Counted from the first letter of the stretch, positions 8,968 to 18,758 are shown. The stretch is DNA of 19,794 bases from Octopus sinensis (GCF_006345805.1 NW_021823943.1:1-19794), one strand, 5' to 3'. Notes: generated from the sequence alone by a model not told the origin. A program made the numbers and translations.

Positions 8968-9113
8968 ATTTGCATGTAAACAGAGCGAGGCACACGTGCC
9001 GTTAAAACGCGACCGGAAATGGGAATACAATAGCTGGACTACAATGGCGGATCTGGAGTCTTGTAGAGGAAGTGGTGTGGTTGGCCAATTAAGAAATAGC
9101 GAGAAGTGACGTC
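8968..9113. promoter_or_regulatory. Candidate promoter/enhancer motif cluster
   Basis: Octamer ATTTGCAT 8968, FOX TGTAAACA 8975, E-box CACGTG 8993, ETS ACCGGAAAT 9012, GGACTACAAT 9036, YY1-like AATGGCGG 9043, ETS AGAGGAAGTG 9065, CCAAT 9085, TGACGTC 9107. Confidence 0.4.
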
Positions 9114-9357
9114 CGTATGCCAACATCAGAATAACTAAACACAATCAACCAACGAATAATGAGAGAGAGAGAGAGAAGAAGGAGAAGAAGAGACGAGACG
9201 GTGCAGCAGTGAAATGTTTCTGTAGCGAAACACTAGAAAGAGGTCCAGTTGAAACATCGAATGTTACAAACGTTAAACATTCATGGATATAGATTTGGGG
9301 CTGAACACAAGATGTTTATTTCCATAGCTGGACATTCATAGTCAATATTTATCTATC

Positions 9358-9435
9358 TTGATTGATCGATTGATTGATTGATTGATTTAATTGACTGGTT
9401 CATTGATAAATAGATAGATAGACAGACAGACAGAC

Positions 9436-9518
<83 letters not shown>

Positions 9519-9555
9519 TAGACAGATAGACAGACAGACAGACAGACAGATAGAC

Positions 9556-9586
<31 letters not shown>

Positions 9587-9720
9587 TAGATAGATAGATT
9601 GACAGATATATATATGTAAATTTCTCTCTTTCTCTCTCCCTCTCTCTGTATATATATATATATATATATGCTGTGTGTGTGTGTGCGTGTGTGTGTGTGT
9701 GCGTGTGTTGTGTGTGTGTG
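9358..9720. repeat. (ATTG), (GATA/GACA), (TC), (TA), (TG) compound microsatellite
   Basis: Seen directly; the GATA/GACA part spans about 9411-9607. Confidence 0.95.
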
Positions 9721-9794
9721 TCCACCCCTTGGACTAAATAAAAAGTACTGGGTAGTGTTCTTTTATCTAACTAAAGAGTGCTGATATGTTCGTC

Positions 9795-10148
9795 ACATAC
9801 ACATACACTAATATACACATATGTACATACATACACACCTATATAGATACATATGTTCACACTCACAAACACACTAGCACAGAGCGATTCTTTCAACCTA
9901 AGGCATATATATATATATATGGGTGTGTGGGTGTGTTTGTGTGTGAGCGTCTGTGTGTGTGTGTGTAAGTATGCATTTACGTATGCATGCGATTTTGTAT
10001 GCGGGTATACATATGTGTTTATTGCATGCGTATAGAGACAGGCACACACACACGCACACACATACATAAATGCATGCATACATATATATCACTGTCGAAA
10101 GAAAGCGGAACAGATCACATTTGACCGTTTCCTTACCTTCTGTCTGTC

Positions 10149-10179
<31 letters not shown>

Positions 10180-10197
10180 TGTGTGTGTGTGTGTGTG
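9795..10197. repeat. Degenerate CA/TA/TG simple repeats
   Basis: Interrupted dinucleotide runs; near-pure (TG)n at 10149-10197. Confidence 0.85.
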
Positions 10198-10331
10198 CAT
10201 CGTAGATTGTTCCAATCTAGTCAAAGAAGGCGAAAATTAACATCACAAAGAACTTTCATTAGATTCCCGAAACTTGTACAACAACCATATTGAGAGGAAT
10301 ATTGCCAGGATTAGTGGCTGTAATGATATCG

Positions 10332-10341
10332 ATAATAATAG

Positions 10342-10422
<81 letters not shown>

Positions 10423-10447
10423 TAATAATGGTAATAATAATAATAAT
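10332..10447. repeat. (AAT)n microsatellite
   Basis: Seen directly. Confidence 0.97.
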
Positions 10448-10989
10448 ATACAAAAATGAAAAGAAAAGAGTTAAGAACAACTACTAAGGCAAGAATAAAA
10501 ACAATAAAAAATAATCAAAAACCGAAAGAAATTAAACGAAAAAACAAAACAGAAATGGAAGTAAAAAAAAGACATGAAAAAACGGAGCTAAGTGAAAGAC
10601 ATAGCTGAGAGTAGCGACACGCAGGCGCGTGCGTGAGCGTGTATATATATATATATACATACACATTGCTTGTATACACATACGTTCTACGGACACACAG
10701 ACGCATATACATACGTAGAATTAATCAAAACTCAAATAATCTGTTATACAAATATGCATACATGTGTGTGCATGCCTATGCGTGTGCATATTACACACAC
10801 ACACACACACAAACACACGCGCGCACACACACATAGATACAGAGACGTGTTTGAAGCAGTCAGTGACGTGTGTCCACCGCGTGGCGGCGCGCATGTCGAC
10901 ATGATCCGCGCACGTGCGTGTGTGCCAAACATTAGATTGTCTGGCGAATGTCAAGAGTGAACCGACGATGACGATACAATGAGGAACCG

Positions 10990-11545
10990 CTGCCGCAGCC
11001 CAACCACCGCCATGACCTTCCCCACCGATACCGTCACCATCATCACCACCATCATCATCGTGATGATCCTCATCGCTAACACCACCACTGCCCCGCCACC
11101 CACTGTCCTCTCCGCTACCAACATCCCCACCACCATCGCAATCGTCTTCATTAACTGCACCACTACGGCCCACCCCCGCCGCTATCGCCACCAGCACACT
11201 TGCAACCCTCCCAACAGTGACCGGTACGAATTCACTCCACAACCACAACCACCACCACCACCACCACTGCACACACACACCTTCCCGCCACCGCCACACC
11301 ACCACTACTACCACTCCTGTCACCAGCAGCATCAGAATTATCGTCAGCAACATCACAACACTACATCCAGAAACTACAACAACAACATCAACACCGATGT
11401 TAACGCCTTCATCCCTACTACCACTGCCACCAATACTACAACGAAATACTGCCTTCATCTACCACTAATAATACCTCCGCCAGTACTAGTACTGCCATCA
11501 CCATCGGCGCCACTACCACCGCTGCTACCGCCTCACACACACACC
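10990..11545. repeat. Degenerate (CAC/CAT/CAA/TAC) trinucleotide low-complexity tract
   Basis: Cryptic triplet repeats. The overlapping ORFs are poly-T/P/H/I with no recognisable domain. Confidence 0.85.
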
Positions 11546-11740
11546 CCCTTATGTACAGTGACGTCATTGTACCTTTCACGTAAAATTGTTTTATCAATGG
11601 ATACAGTATTTCTAAGATGTTATACTTATTGACGGACAGGTGAACTGAGACACACATATTCAAACCAAAGAACTAAGCTTCGTCGTGATACGCTATAACA
11701 GATAGTTAAGTTTCTCAGTGATGGTCTCATGGAAGTAGAG

Positions 11741-11991
11741 CCAGGTTTATTGGTCTGTTCTGAGAGTCCAGTGTGTTGGCCGTAGCTTCAGTTACCCAAA
11801 GTCAATCTATTTTGTGGTTCGTGCTTACAACCAGGTTTATTGAGTTGTTAAGAGTTAAGTGAGTTTGTCATAGACACACTTGAACTGAAGCTAATTTGTT
11901 TTGTGATATGTCATTATTGGGCTGTTGAGGGTTAAGTGTCTTGCTTAAGGACTCAGCTAGAACCAAATTTAGTATACTTTGTTGTATGTAG
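11741..11991. repeat. Diverged tandem repeat, about 80-90 bp, at least three units
   Basis: CCAGGTTTATTG at 11741 and 11831 and TTATTGG at 11914, each followed by TGTT..GAG(A/G)GT..AGTG and later TTTGT(G/T). Confidence 0.7.
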
Positions 11992-12179
11992 TTCTGCCTA
12001 CGCTCTGTGGACGACATTGAGAATTAGCGTGTCATAGCAACTTTTCATGGTTTGGTTATTTAAGTTACAGATACGAAATCAACTAGATTCAACCTGGAAT
12101 CGAAACCGTACTGTAAATGTCCCTCTACTCTCTACACCTCCAACTCCCGCCGGTTACTCGAAACCGGTACATGTCATCT

Positions 12180-12420
12180 GTTGTTTGACAATAGAGACAA
12201 AGAAATATCCACAACGAGCAAACATCTCTGGTCAACGAAGAAGGCTCTACGGTCATCTAACACACTACTGTCTTGAAGACAGAAAGTGATACATAAAATA
12301 ATGTAGCCCTCGGTATGTTATTCCTAAAATAAAAATGAGCTTAAAAAGGGAAAGTTCGGGATGGCGAAGGCTGGATCATAAGTTTGCTCGGTTAGAGATG
12401 ACGTGGTGCTCAACACAACA
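12180..12420 (+). mobile_element. Decayed 3' region of an interspersed retro-repeat
   Basis: GGGATGGCGAAGGCTGGATCATAAGTTTGCTCGGTTAGAGATGACGTGGTGCTCAACACAACAAC resembles a recalled octopus repeat 3' end (…GCTGACCTGGGGCTAAACAACAAC). Based on recall only. Confidence 0.45.
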
Positions 12421-12436
12421 ACTACTACTACTACTC

Positions 12437-12526
<90 letters not shown>

Positions 12527-12600
12527 CCGCCAACACCAACAAGAGCAGCACCAATAATAACCACTACTAGCAATAACATTGCCATGAGCGACGAATGCAT

Positions 12601-12687
<87 letters not shown>
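12421..12687. repeat. (CTA)n-(AAT)n-(ATT)n and (GTA)29 microsatellites
   Basis: CTA 12422-12435, AAT 12437-12467, ATT to 12525, GTA 12601-12687. Confidence 0.97.
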
Positions 12688-14135
12688 ACAATAAAACCAA
12701 CCACAACAGACACACACAAACAAGACAATTGATACAATATTATGGTGTAAGAACGTGTGACAACTTGAAATCGAATTGTCTTAAAAGGTAATTTAAAGAC
12801 TTTTCCAAATAGATACAAATAGAATCTTCAAATTTGGCCAGAACTTTGGGAGTTGGCGGCGGCGACGGTGGTGGTGGTGGTGGTAGTGGTGGTGTGGATG
12901 TATTTTAGTGGAGATAGATTCGGGGAGAAAACAGAGCAAGGAGGGAAGGAAAATTGAGATATTAGAGACAATGGCTGGCGGGCTCTTTACTGGTCGGGGT
13001 TCTGTCTTGCCTGTCTGTCTGACGGTTCGTCTGCCTGAAGGCTCTGTTTGTACGGTACAGAACGGAACCGGGTCGTGTTGGTGGTGTGAGCGAGTGGTCG
13101 AGTTGGTTTACAAGAAGAGAGAAGAGGAATTTAGTGTGGCCAGTGAGAAGAGGAAAGGAGAGAGGCAGACAGACGGACAGATAAGTATAGACAGAGAGAG
13201 AGAGAGAGAGAGAGAGGAAGAAGGACGTTGTTACATAGGTTGGTGAGGAAAGAGAGGGAGGCTGGAAAGAGGAAGATGGTCAAAGTAGCATGTTTGTAAA
13301 TACGTTAGAGACAGTTGGTTATAAATCAAATTAATACTAAGCCATCATTTGATTGGTCTGTCTCGCAGAGCCAACTGACGCCGCCATTTAACATCGCTAC
13401 TAAATCTCCATTGTTTTTTTCTCTTCAATCTCTCTCTTTCTCTACTTTCACTTTTGCGTTCCCTAGTCTCTTCAATCTCTCATTTTCTCTCGACTCCCAC
13501 TTTTATTTTTCCCGCTCAATTTCAATCTGTTCCGATCGTTTTAACTGTTGTCTTTATTGTATAATTAACTTTACACTTCCGGTTCAGTCGTTACTCTCAT
13601 CCATCTCTCTATTGCCGATCGAGCTTTCTTTCCTTCCTTCCATAAACGTTTGCGATTTAGATTTTGTTTGTGCTTTTAAAACATTTCTCTCCCGCCGCTT
13701 CCTTCCTTCCTTCCTTTCTCACCTTTTACTTCCGTTGGTTGCAACTAGTCAGTGGCATCCAGCCTTCGTTTTCTTCTTCTCTTTCTTCTAATAGTAACCG
13801 CCATTTTCTTGATGTTGATTCTCTTCTTGAAGGCGATGATGAGAATGTTATCTCGGATAGAAAAACATAGGAACTATCATGTACGATTCTAATTGATCTG
13901 GGACACTTCCAACCTATTCCTCTCTCTCCTTTCTCTCTCTCTCTCTCTCTCTCCTTCTATTACTGTCTATCTTTGATTCTCTTCGCATTCTCTTACAAAC
14001 ACAAATTTTTGTAAGTTTTTACCTTTAACAATTACTACATGCGTTCGGACTTGTCCGCCTGTCAGTCACCCTGTTACTACCTTCTCCAAGTAATCTCTTT
14101 CTTATCTTTCCTCGCATTACCTTGCTCACCTCTTC

Positions 14136-14290
14136 ATGAGGATTCATTTGTTCAATCAGTTATATTACCTGCTCCTGAATTAACATCTTAGTGACTGGCA
14201 ATTTCATAGACACATGAATCTTTAACGTAATTCTTAAGCAGAATTAGAGTGACACAACGTATAATGTGACTGTATCTTCTGAAATACAGA
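14136..14290 (-). mobile_element. Decayed 3' part of SINE family C
   Basis: CTTTAACGTAATTCTTAAGCAGAATTAGAGTGACACAA aligns with CTCTTAAAGTAGTTCTCAGGGAGATTCAGCGTCACACG at about 14865-14901. Upstream similarity to 14820-14855. Confidence 0.65.
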
Positions 14291-14317
14291 AGCCTTCCAT
14301 GCGTCAGGCTTTATGCA

Positions 14318-14396
14318 GTCCCCGTCAACTCAGAAGGATGCTAGGCAGAGGGTTGAAATGTTTAAATATAGGAACAGATTTGAATGACTGAAACAG
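14318..14396 (+). mobile_element. Collapsed 3' remnant of SINE family B
   Basis: GTCCCCGTCAACTCAG and AATGACTGAAACAG correspond to GTCCTGGTAACATAG and TGACTGAAACAAG of 4208-4405. Confidence 0.45.
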
Positions 14397-14405
14397 TATC
14401 TATAA

Positions 14406-14438
14406 CTGAAGGGGCGCAATCACACCGAAACATGTGTC
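14406..14438 (+). ncRNA. Degenerate minimal hammerhead ribozyme motif (Penelope-like element type)
   Basis: CTGAAGG (CUGANGA with A9>G) - GGCGCAATCACACC (stem II) - GAAAC-ATGT-GTC (short stem III with palindromic ACATGT and a GUC triplet). The 5' strand of stem I is missing. Confidence 0.55.
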
Positions 14439-14641
14439 TGGCAATCTGCAGGCATCATTTAGTACGATGCATTTATACACACTTAATCTATAAGGGAAAT
14501 ATTTTCTCCTGGCGACAGGAGTCGCGCTGTGAATTTCTTCTTCGGTCTTAGTGGGCAGGGGTGTATTCATACCAGCAATAAATTGTTGCCTGCACGCACG
14601 GAACTCGGTAATTATTTTTCTTTAATGAAATGCATGTATAA

Positions 14642-14780
14642 GCAGGGTTGGTAGAGCATCGTGCAAAATTTTCTGCGGTATTTAAGCATACATCTCCACA
14701 TCATAAGTTCAAATTTCAATTTGTCGTCTTTCTTTCCGAGATCGATTAAATTTTGACCAGTAATCAATATAATCGATTAT
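14642..14780 (+). mobile_element. Decayed SINE family A-like copy
   Basis: GCAAAATTTTCTGCGGTATTT...AAGTTCAAATT...CTTTCCGAGATCGATTAAATTTTGACCAGT...TAATCGATT is collinear with family A. Confidence 0.65.
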
Positions 14781-14793
14781 ACTAATCAATATA

Positions 14794-15053
14794 AGTGGCA
14801 CTCCGTCAGATACGACGACGAGTGTTCTAGTTGATCTAATCAACGGAACAGCCGGTTCGCATACTCTTAAAGTAGTTCTCAGGGAGATTCAGCGTCACAC
14901 GGAATGTGACGTGGCTCATATTTACTAGCCGAGAGCAATGGATCAACGTAAAATATTGTGTAGCTTAAGGACACAACGAGCCATCAGGTATCGAACTCAC
15001 CACCTTACGATCGTGAACTGAATGCCTCTAACCACTCAGCCACGCGCCTTCAC
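14794..15053 (-). mobile_element. SINE family C with a perfect 13-bp target-site duplication
   Basis: Minus-strand head GTGAAGGCGCGTGGCTGAGTGGTTAGAG (A box), GAGTTCGATACC (B box), CORE-like TTGTGTCCTTAAGCTACAC, 3' end GACGGAGTGCCACT. ACTAATCAATATA lies at 14781-14793 and 15054-15066. Confidence 0.9.
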
Positions 15054-15124
15054 ACTAATCAATATAATAGACTAAACAAATGACCACTGATTTGTGGATT
15101 CCAGCCTATGCTAGAAATAATCGG

Positions 15125-15240
15125 CATCATCATCATCATTGTCATCGTCATTATCAACATCATCGTTGTCGCTGTCGTCCTCCTCCTCTTCTCCATCATC
15201 ATCATCATCATCGACGCACTTGTCCTCATCATCATAACAG
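15125..15240. repeat. Degenerate (CAT)n tract
   Basis: Seen directly. Confidence 0.9.
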
Positions 15241-15349
15241 TTGTTGCTATTTTCACTATCGTTGTTATGGACTCCGTCGACGTTTCTTATTTTCTTTGCT
15301 ATTCTGTTAATTTCAAGTCGTGTATGTATGTGGGTGGGTATACATAAAC

Positions 15350-15547
15350 ATATATATATATATATATATATATGTTTAGTTCAATGTATTTATATATACA
15401 TGTATATAGATATATGTGTATATATACACACACGCAGATATAAGTGCGCGTGCGTGTGGGGGGGAAAGCGGGAAAGACTAACTCCTACGCACACACAATC
15501 AGACTCTCCTACGTACACACACAAACACAAGGCCACACATACATACA

Positions 15548-15612
<65 letters not shown>

Positions 15613-15680
15613 GTATATATATATTATATATATATGTTTTATGTATGTATGTATGTATGTATGTATGTATGTATGTATAC
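15350..15680. repeat. (TA)n, (CA)n and (TATG)n compound repeats
   Basis: Seen directly. Confidence 0.9.
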
Positions 15681-15939
15681 GCATGTACACAGACTTTAAT
15701 AATTAAGTGATTGGGAAGGCAGTTATTAATTGATGAAATCCAATTATGAATATTTGATAAAGACACAATTTAGAAGTGAAATGAGGAGTCTGGTCGCTTC
15801 CTCTCTGTTCTTTTGTTTGGTATCGTCATCTCTCTGCCAACATGTCTGCTCTTGGCACCGTGACACTCCATCGCGTCCACTCTAACTTGGGCTTGGTAGT
15901 GAGGGGGGGTGATGGAGAGGAGAGGGGGCTGATTGGAAT

Positions 15940-16460
15940 TGGTGATGCTTATGATGATGATGGTAATGGTTGTTATAATGGTCGGCGATGACGGTTAATG
16001 CGAGGTTGTTGATGATAATGCTGATGATGGTGGTGATGAAGCTTGTAACAGTGGCAGTGGTGACGGTGGTTGTATCGGGAGTGGTCGGTCGGTAAGCTGA
16101 TAGTGGTGGTGACGGAGAATGTGGCGGTCGATGGTTGGTAGTTGTGGCGGTGGTTATCTGAGGAGAGTGTTGGATGATATGACGGTTTAGTGATTGTAAT
16201 GTAGTGGCGGTAGTAGTAGTAGTAGTAGTAGCAGCAGCAGTGTGGGTGATGGTGTTTTAATGGCCATAGAAGCAATACAGGATGAATTTCGAAAGTATAA
16301 GGGGTGTTTTGATAGCTCTAGGTGTTCGGGTGGTGGTTGTAAAGGTGATAGTGGTGGCGATGAGGACGAAGATCGTGGCAGGGATGCTGATGATGATGGT
16401 GGTGGTGGTGGTACTGTTCCTGGTAGTGGTGGTGATGTTGACGAGGGTGGTGATGGTGGG
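15940..16460. repeat. Degenerate (GGT/GAT/GTA) low-complexity tract
   Basis: Cryptic triplet repeats. Confidence 0.85.
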
Positions 16461-16562
16461 CGTGTCATGGAAACTGAGATGTAAGTGGCGGAGAGGTACC
16501 AGTACATTTCAGACTTACGTAAATTCGTAGATCAATACTGAGTAGCGTTTCGGAGTAGATGC

Positions 16563-16702
16563 CGTCATCATGTTCATCATCGACAGCAACAGCAGCTCCA
16601 TCTTCATTATCATCGGCATCACATCTAACATCACCTTCCTCCTCCACCTACTCATCATCATCATCGTCATCATCATCATCGTCATCATTACCATCGTCAT
16701 CA
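16563..16702. repeat. Degenerate (CAT)n tract
   Basis: Seen directly. Confidence 0.9.
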
Positions 16703-16908
16703 TACACATGTCTTCGCATATATTAATTTGAGATTAATTTTCATTGAACGTTTAGACTAATAACAACTTTTAATTATTAGAAAGAGGACTCAGTACAAAA
16801 GTAAGATCGAACTGAAATAAAATTTATTTTGCGCGGGACTTCAACGAGTTCCATAAACTATGAAGGGCAACATAAAACTTGCAATCCCAGTCAAATTTAA
16901 TTTTACAA

Positions 16909-16910
16909 TA

Positions 16911-16994
<84 letters not shown>

Positions 16995-17003
16995 TGTGTG
17001 GTG
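16909..17003. repeat. (TA)n(TG)n microsatellite
   Basis: Seen directly. Confidence 0.95.
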
Positions 17004-17021
17004 TACTTATGTATGTATACA

Positions 17022-17219
17022 GGCGGCGAACTAGCAGAAACGAATTGCTTAGCGGTATTTCATCTGTATATACGTTCCGAGTTCAAATTCCGCCAAGGTC
17101 CACTTTGCCTTTCACTCTTTCGGGGTCGATAAATTAAGTACCAGTTGCGTACTTTGATCGATCTAATCGACTGACTTCCTTCCCCAAAAAATTCGGGCCT
17201 GGTGCTTAATGTAGAAAAG
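17022..17219 (+). mobile_element. SINE family A with a small deletion in the head
   Basis: GGCGGCGAACTAGCAGAAACG[15 nt absent versus the 2713 copy]AATTGCTTAGCGGTATTT...GAGTTCAAATTCCGCCAAGGTCCACTTTGCCTTTCACTCTTTCGGGGTCGATAAATTAAGTACCAG...GTAGAAAAG. Confidence 0.92.
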
Positions 17220-17772
17220 TATAGATATAGATAGATATAAATATAGGTTATAAATATTATACACAATGCATCGCTGCTGTGCATAAGACAATGGTTTAAA
17301 TCTCTCTCTCTCTCTCTCTCTACCTCTTCGTCTCTTATTCTGTCTACCTTTCTCTCTTGTTCTCTCTTAGTCCCTTTCTTACAAAATATACAAAAAAAAG
17401 GGGGTCGTGATTGTTGTTTAACCCTTTTCTTTGCACCAAATTAACCTTCTCGGCGTCTTCGTTTTTTATAAGAACTTCCCAGAGTAAGAAGGAAAGCAAA
17501 CAATCAAAAGAAACACATAAAAGCAAAGGCAAAACAAACAAACAAGTATACAATAAAAACTAAAAGACAGCCACGGTATTTCTGTGTCTTTATCTTCTCC
17601 AGATAAGCTATTGAATCTATTCACTTGGTCAGGATTAGCTGCAAGGTCCGCCCCCCCTTTCTCTTTTTGCTTTTCCTTTCTTTTTGTTGAGTTATTTTTG
17701 CTAATGCTGTTGTTGTTTTTTTATCTTTGTGCAGTTTGTTGCCATTTTGCCGCGTAACTTCCTTGTTTTTGT

Positions 17773-18000
17773 TTCTTCTTCTTCTTCTTCTTCTTCTTCT
17801 TCTTCTTCTTCTTCTTCTTCTTCTTCTTCTTCTTCTTCTTCTACTACTACTACTACTACTACTATTACCTCTTCATTCCCTTTTTAAATATTATTATTAT
17901 CATTATTATTGTCATTGCTGTTGTTGTTATTACTTTCATTATTGTTATTATTATTATTATTATTATCATCGTTAGCATCATCATTGTTGTTGTTGTTGTT
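17773..18000. repeat. (CTT)n-(CTA)n-(TTA/TTG)n compound microsatellite
   Basis: CTT 17773-17841, CTA 17841-17864, then degenerate TTA/TTG. Confidence 0.95.
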
Positions 18001-18137
18001 GGTTTTTTGTTTCGCTTGTTATCCTCTCATCCACCAAGGCACCAATATCGCCACCAGCGCCACCATCGCCATTTCTTGGATGATAAACTTTTAGAACCGA
18101 AAGAGAAAAGAGAAAAATATCAACAAGATAACCCCAA

Positions 18138-18220
18138 ACACACACGCACACACACGCACACACATGCACCGCACACACACGCACGCACACACACGCACAC
18201 ACACGCACGCACGCACACAT
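18138..18220. repeat. (CA/CG)n microsatellite
   Basis: Seen directly. Confidence 0.9.
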
Positions 18221-18463
18221 ATACCCCCATGCATCCTCTCTCACGTGCACACCTACAAACAGTGCGAAACAGCGTGCATCTGCTAATTGGAAGGCAAATG
18301 CATTCATTGGATCTCTGAGAGACAGAGAGACAGACAGACAGAGAGGGAGGAGGTTGAAAAATAGAGACGGAGTCAGAAAGACCGACAGAGAGACAGTCAG
18401 AGGAAGTTAGAGAGGGAATGTGTATGCGTGTGTTTACGAGAGAAATGCGTGCGTTTGTCTTTG

Positions 18464-18508
<45 letters not shown>

Positions 18509-18550
18509 AACAGACAAACAGACAGACAGATAGATAGATAGATAGGTAGG

Positions 18551-18620
<70 letters not shown>

Positions 18621-18722
18621 AACAGATAGATAGATAGGTAGGTAGATAGATAGATAGATAGGTAGGTAGGTAGATAGATAGATAGATAGGTAGATAGATA
18701 GATAGATAGGTAGGTAGATAGA

Positions 18723-18758
<36 letters not shown>

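Noticed and set aside
5274-8975. Recurrent ATTTGCAT octamers and ATCGAT motifs
   Set aside because: A few octamers are expected by chance in 20 kb of AT-rich DNA, and many ATCGAT sites come from SINE bodies.
8968-9350. snRNA gene (octamer plus ACTACA resembling a distal sequence element)
   Set aside because: No recognisable U-snRNA sequence or canonical Sm site downstream.
10721-11632. Overlapping 245-aa and 217-aa ORFs
   Set aside because: Open on both strands because of CAC/CAT triplet low complexity; homopolymeric runs in every frame.
11741-11991. CRISPR-like repeat-spacer array or 30-aa coding repeat
   Set aside because: Similarity extends through the whole unit, the context is eukaryotic, unit lengths vary, and the plus-strand frames checked contain stops.
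12908-13791. 112-aa and 158-aa plus-strand ORFs
   Set aside because: Composition is driven by GA-rich and TC-rich tracts (RERE, F/S/L-rich); no homology recognised.
14975-15050. tRNA gene
   Set aside because: A and B boxes are present, but the sequence runs into a CORE-like SINE body with TSDs and no intact acceptor stem is apparent; the same applies to the other tRNA-like heads.
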